From Macrostomum lignano (Eukaryota), in assembly GCA_002269645.1 (NCBI GenBank), contig NIVC01002970.1:64299-128298 (forward strand): a stretch of DNA of 64,000 bases, written 5' to 3'. Both the position numbers and the translations under genes were made by a program. Under the pieces are notes generated by a model. It was not told the DNA's origin. It did not search any database and saw only the letters and a program-made list of their open reading frames with translations. Shown here piece after piece: positions 61,069 through 64,000 of the stretch (positions within the stretch are counted from its first letter, which is position 1; each line of letters starts with the position of its first letter).

Positions 61069-63719
61069 ATGACCGCGCTAGTTGAAAGCGGTAGAGCAAA
61101 GCAGGACGCTGAACTGTCTTGCTCGTCGTTTTCAAATCAAGAGCCGCCTTCTGCGCAGCAACACCACCAGCAGCAGCAGCAGACGCAGAGCAGCGAAAAA
61201 AAACAGCATCATCAAGCAGATTTATCGGCAGATAATTGGAGCACCAAGTTGAGCAGCGTGCCTCTGTCGATTGGATTTGACCTGTCCGTGTTTGCCACTC
61301 ATGACCGGTGCGGCCGGCTTACTCTGCACCCGGTACTGCGGGCTGTTGACAAACCAAAAGTACAAGGCGACAGTCAAAATCTAGGTCGAAACAATTGCGC
61401 TCGAACTGTGCCCGATTATCGCGCGGAAACGTCTGAGAGTCCCGATTGTAATCGCGCTGCTAGCTCTCGAAGAAAACCTCAACTGATCTTGGATGCGGCC
61501 GACATATGTCAGTAGCTTTTGCTTTCCTGGTTTTTGTCGTCTTAATCTTAGTATTGTTTTGGCAGTGTTATGGTATTATATCTAGTTATGCTATTATGCT
61601 GCTCTTTTGATGTAAATTTACTTGCCGATAGGATATAAACTGGTGCCTATAGATTCAGTAAGATCCTTAGTGAGCAGAATTCGTAATCTAGATTATCTAC
61701 GATTTAAAGACATTAAGACTGCATTATTAGCAGTCTGTTAGGGTGCTGCATTTAGAGCTTCGTTTATAGGGTCCGTCAACATGCTTTAACTGTTCTGTGG
61801 TCTTCCGGGAGTCTTTCTGTCAGATGTTCGACGGATTCTGATACCTAAACAAAAACAAGTATTTTTTAAATAGCTACACATTTCTCAGTAGAAATCTATT
61901 CATATGAGTATGGCTTAGTCGTAAATTTTTTCGATAAATTCCAGGCACCGAAAGCAGAGCCGATTCCATCTCGGAGTCTCCCGTTCCGGCTAATGCAAAA
62001 ATCACAGGTGTTGAATTGCCAGCGAGATCTAACGCGCAAGTCTCGAAGGCCGCCGATTTGAACAAGGATAACAACAATCGCGACGCTGTTACCGGATGCA
62101 GTTGGAGCAAACTCGGCGTTGGTCGCACTTCTAAATCCTCGAGAGGTAGCTGATGCATTAACGCATATTCTATTGTTACTGTGTAGTCCTGCATAGCATC
62201 TGCAATTTTGTGCAACATTCCGACGATGACAACGTACATGGACGTCGCTGGCAAATGAAAGTATTTTTACACTATGCGACGCATAACAACATTATAGGTC
62301 GACCGAACGTCGGTGCAATTGTAATTGTCGATGTTGTAGAAGTACCAATTTGCCAGCGACGTCGAGATTTTGGAAACGTCGGTCGATATAGGTTGCTGCA
62401 CAGGAATTAGGAATGAAAAGTAATAACCGGGTCTTAATGAACATTAACCTGTTTAAAACTTTACCGTGACAAGAATCGCTAAAGAGTCATTGCAAACAGC
62501 TCATTACTCTGGGGTGACTCTTGTGACTTTTTAACGACTCCAACGACTGTAATGCGACTGTTGAGTCATGAGAGCATCACTGTGTCGCTGTATTAGCGCT
62601 TAGCCTTCTACTAACTCAAGTAGACTAGATGGAGTTGTTATAAATGCGAAATGCGATTCTAATTCATAAAGAGACGCAGCTGCACTTTAGCCGCAACCCA
62701 GTGATTCTAAAGCCACTCTAGCACGCCTAAAATCGTAGACAAAAAACGCCTCAAATTGACTCTTGGGCGACTCTGACGACTTTTTGGCAACTTGTAGCGT
62801 GACATCTCGTCGTTTTAGTCGTCTAGAGGCACTTCTTCTTTCCTGTTTTACCTGCAAGACCCTGAAATGACCCAAGTAGCCAGATGATTTGGTAAGAAGC
62901 AAGAAGAATAATATACATGCAATCTTGTCCAGAGAAAACCCCTAATTTCGTGTGCTGAACGATCGCCATTGAAATTAATATCCAATCTTGCCCTGGAAAT
63001 AAACGTTAACCATGTGCCGCTTAGCTTTACAAACTTTATAGATGCACACCACCCTCCGTATCCATCTCTAGTACACAAAGACAGTGCAGCAATTTCTCCA
63101 ACAAGCCAAGCATTGGTGTCGATAGTCGCCACGAGTTGCGCCGTCAATCGCAATATTCCAACACGTCTAAACTGCGCAAAGATATTCGTCGGCCTCGAGC
63201 TTCTGAACACAGATCTGGTTAGTTTTTATTTTTTACATCATCCATGAGTAGATTTCTCTTTGAATATGTTCAGGGCAGAGTTGTTCACGCATTCTGCTTA
63301 ATTATTAGTGTTATGCAAAAATAATCTCATCTGATCCGAACGCAGGCCAGTCATCTTCCGACCTGCCACCCGGCTCTCTAGCAATGGTGGTGCACAATCT
63401 CGAGGCTTTGCTGTCCGCATTGGACCCGCGCCGTTCCAGACTGGAAAGAGCCGCCGCCGATTCCCGGAGTTCGGCTAGTCTGGTCTCGTCAACAACTGCT
63501 GGAAAATCGGCCGCTAGCCTGTCTAATAATTCCGCTTTTCAAATGAATCGTCCAATTGCGCAATCGAGTCAGGCCGACCAGCCGCAAACTAGGGAGCTCA
63601 TGTCTGTGTCCGACCTGCAGTTGGAGTACGAAACCGATAGAAGTCGAAGATTGAAATCAATCGTCGGCGCTGATGCGTGTCGAATCGTGGCGATGACTAG
63701 ATGGACGAAAAACGATTAA
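61069..63719 (+). CDS. Multi-exon gene or pseudogene of uncertain identity (weak resemblance to OB-fold scaffold SPIDR)
   Basis: Phase-compatible exons 61069-61507, 61945-62145, 62187-~62400, 62933-63217 and 63351-63719; a 41-nt intron at 62146-62186 removes in-frame stops; Gln-rich N terminus; AATAAA at ~63920. The middle (62460-62890) has stops in all frames. Confidence 0.4.
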
Positions 63720-64000
63720 TAACATTAATAGAAGTCCCGCAACGAATGTCGATCGGTTCTCCAGCTTGCAATCCGTATATTCTGTCGTCAATTTATCCCG
63801 AAGTACCCACCTACAAGTAAAATCTATGTAATTTTATTTCTGCGTACACCGAACGTCACATACTTGGCAGCTGTATTGTCGCATTATTTTATTATCCCAA
63901 TTCTATTTGTGAAAACAGCAATAAACTTGGAACTAACGCACTGGCTAATACTCTTGACGTGCTCTATTCACCGCTTTCTAAACAAATGTACTTTTACCAA

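Noticed and set aside
61874-62400. Minus-strand frame of ~175 codons with one stop
   Set aside because: Antisense to plus-strand exons that have matching splice phases; treated as a shadow frame, though not formally excluded.

Overview
Eukaryotic (animal) genomic DNA with spliceosomal GT-AG introns. The mix of locus-specific minisatellites, TCTG/TCTA microsatellites, GC-rich and Gln-rich coding exons and ~40-nt introns suggests a flatworm such as Macrostomum; this is an inference, not verified. Genes: (1) an intronless Frizzled of the FZD4 group (15590-17563); (2) two tandem 9-exon TMEM135 paralogs that I reconstructed exon by exon (23307-38388 and 40019-49328); (3) a 2-exon orphan single-pass membrane protein (51209-51960); (4) a poorly resolved multi-exon gene or pseudogene at 61069-63719. 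About a quarter of the window is tandem repeat, in more than 15 unrelated minisatellites. Mobile DNA includes a very young P-like foldback MITE, a second MITE with an 8-bp TSD, an internally deleted Tc1/mariner retaining its HTH ORF, a decayed RTE-clade LINE, a tRNA-derived SINE head, and MULE and Ty3/Gypsy remnants. The strongest unusual signals are a duplicated, phase-compatible exon 3 in TMEM135 copy B (candidate mutually exclusive exons), a ~420-bp apparent gene-conversion tract between otherwise diverged TMEM135 paralogs, orthologous introns inflated independently by different minisatellites, convergent arrays built on an E2F-like TTGGCGC core, and an E-to-V change in the conserved Frizzled YPERP motif. 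No prokaryotic-type system (CRISPR, operon) is present. All coordinates and counts were read by hand; repeat boundaries are approximate.
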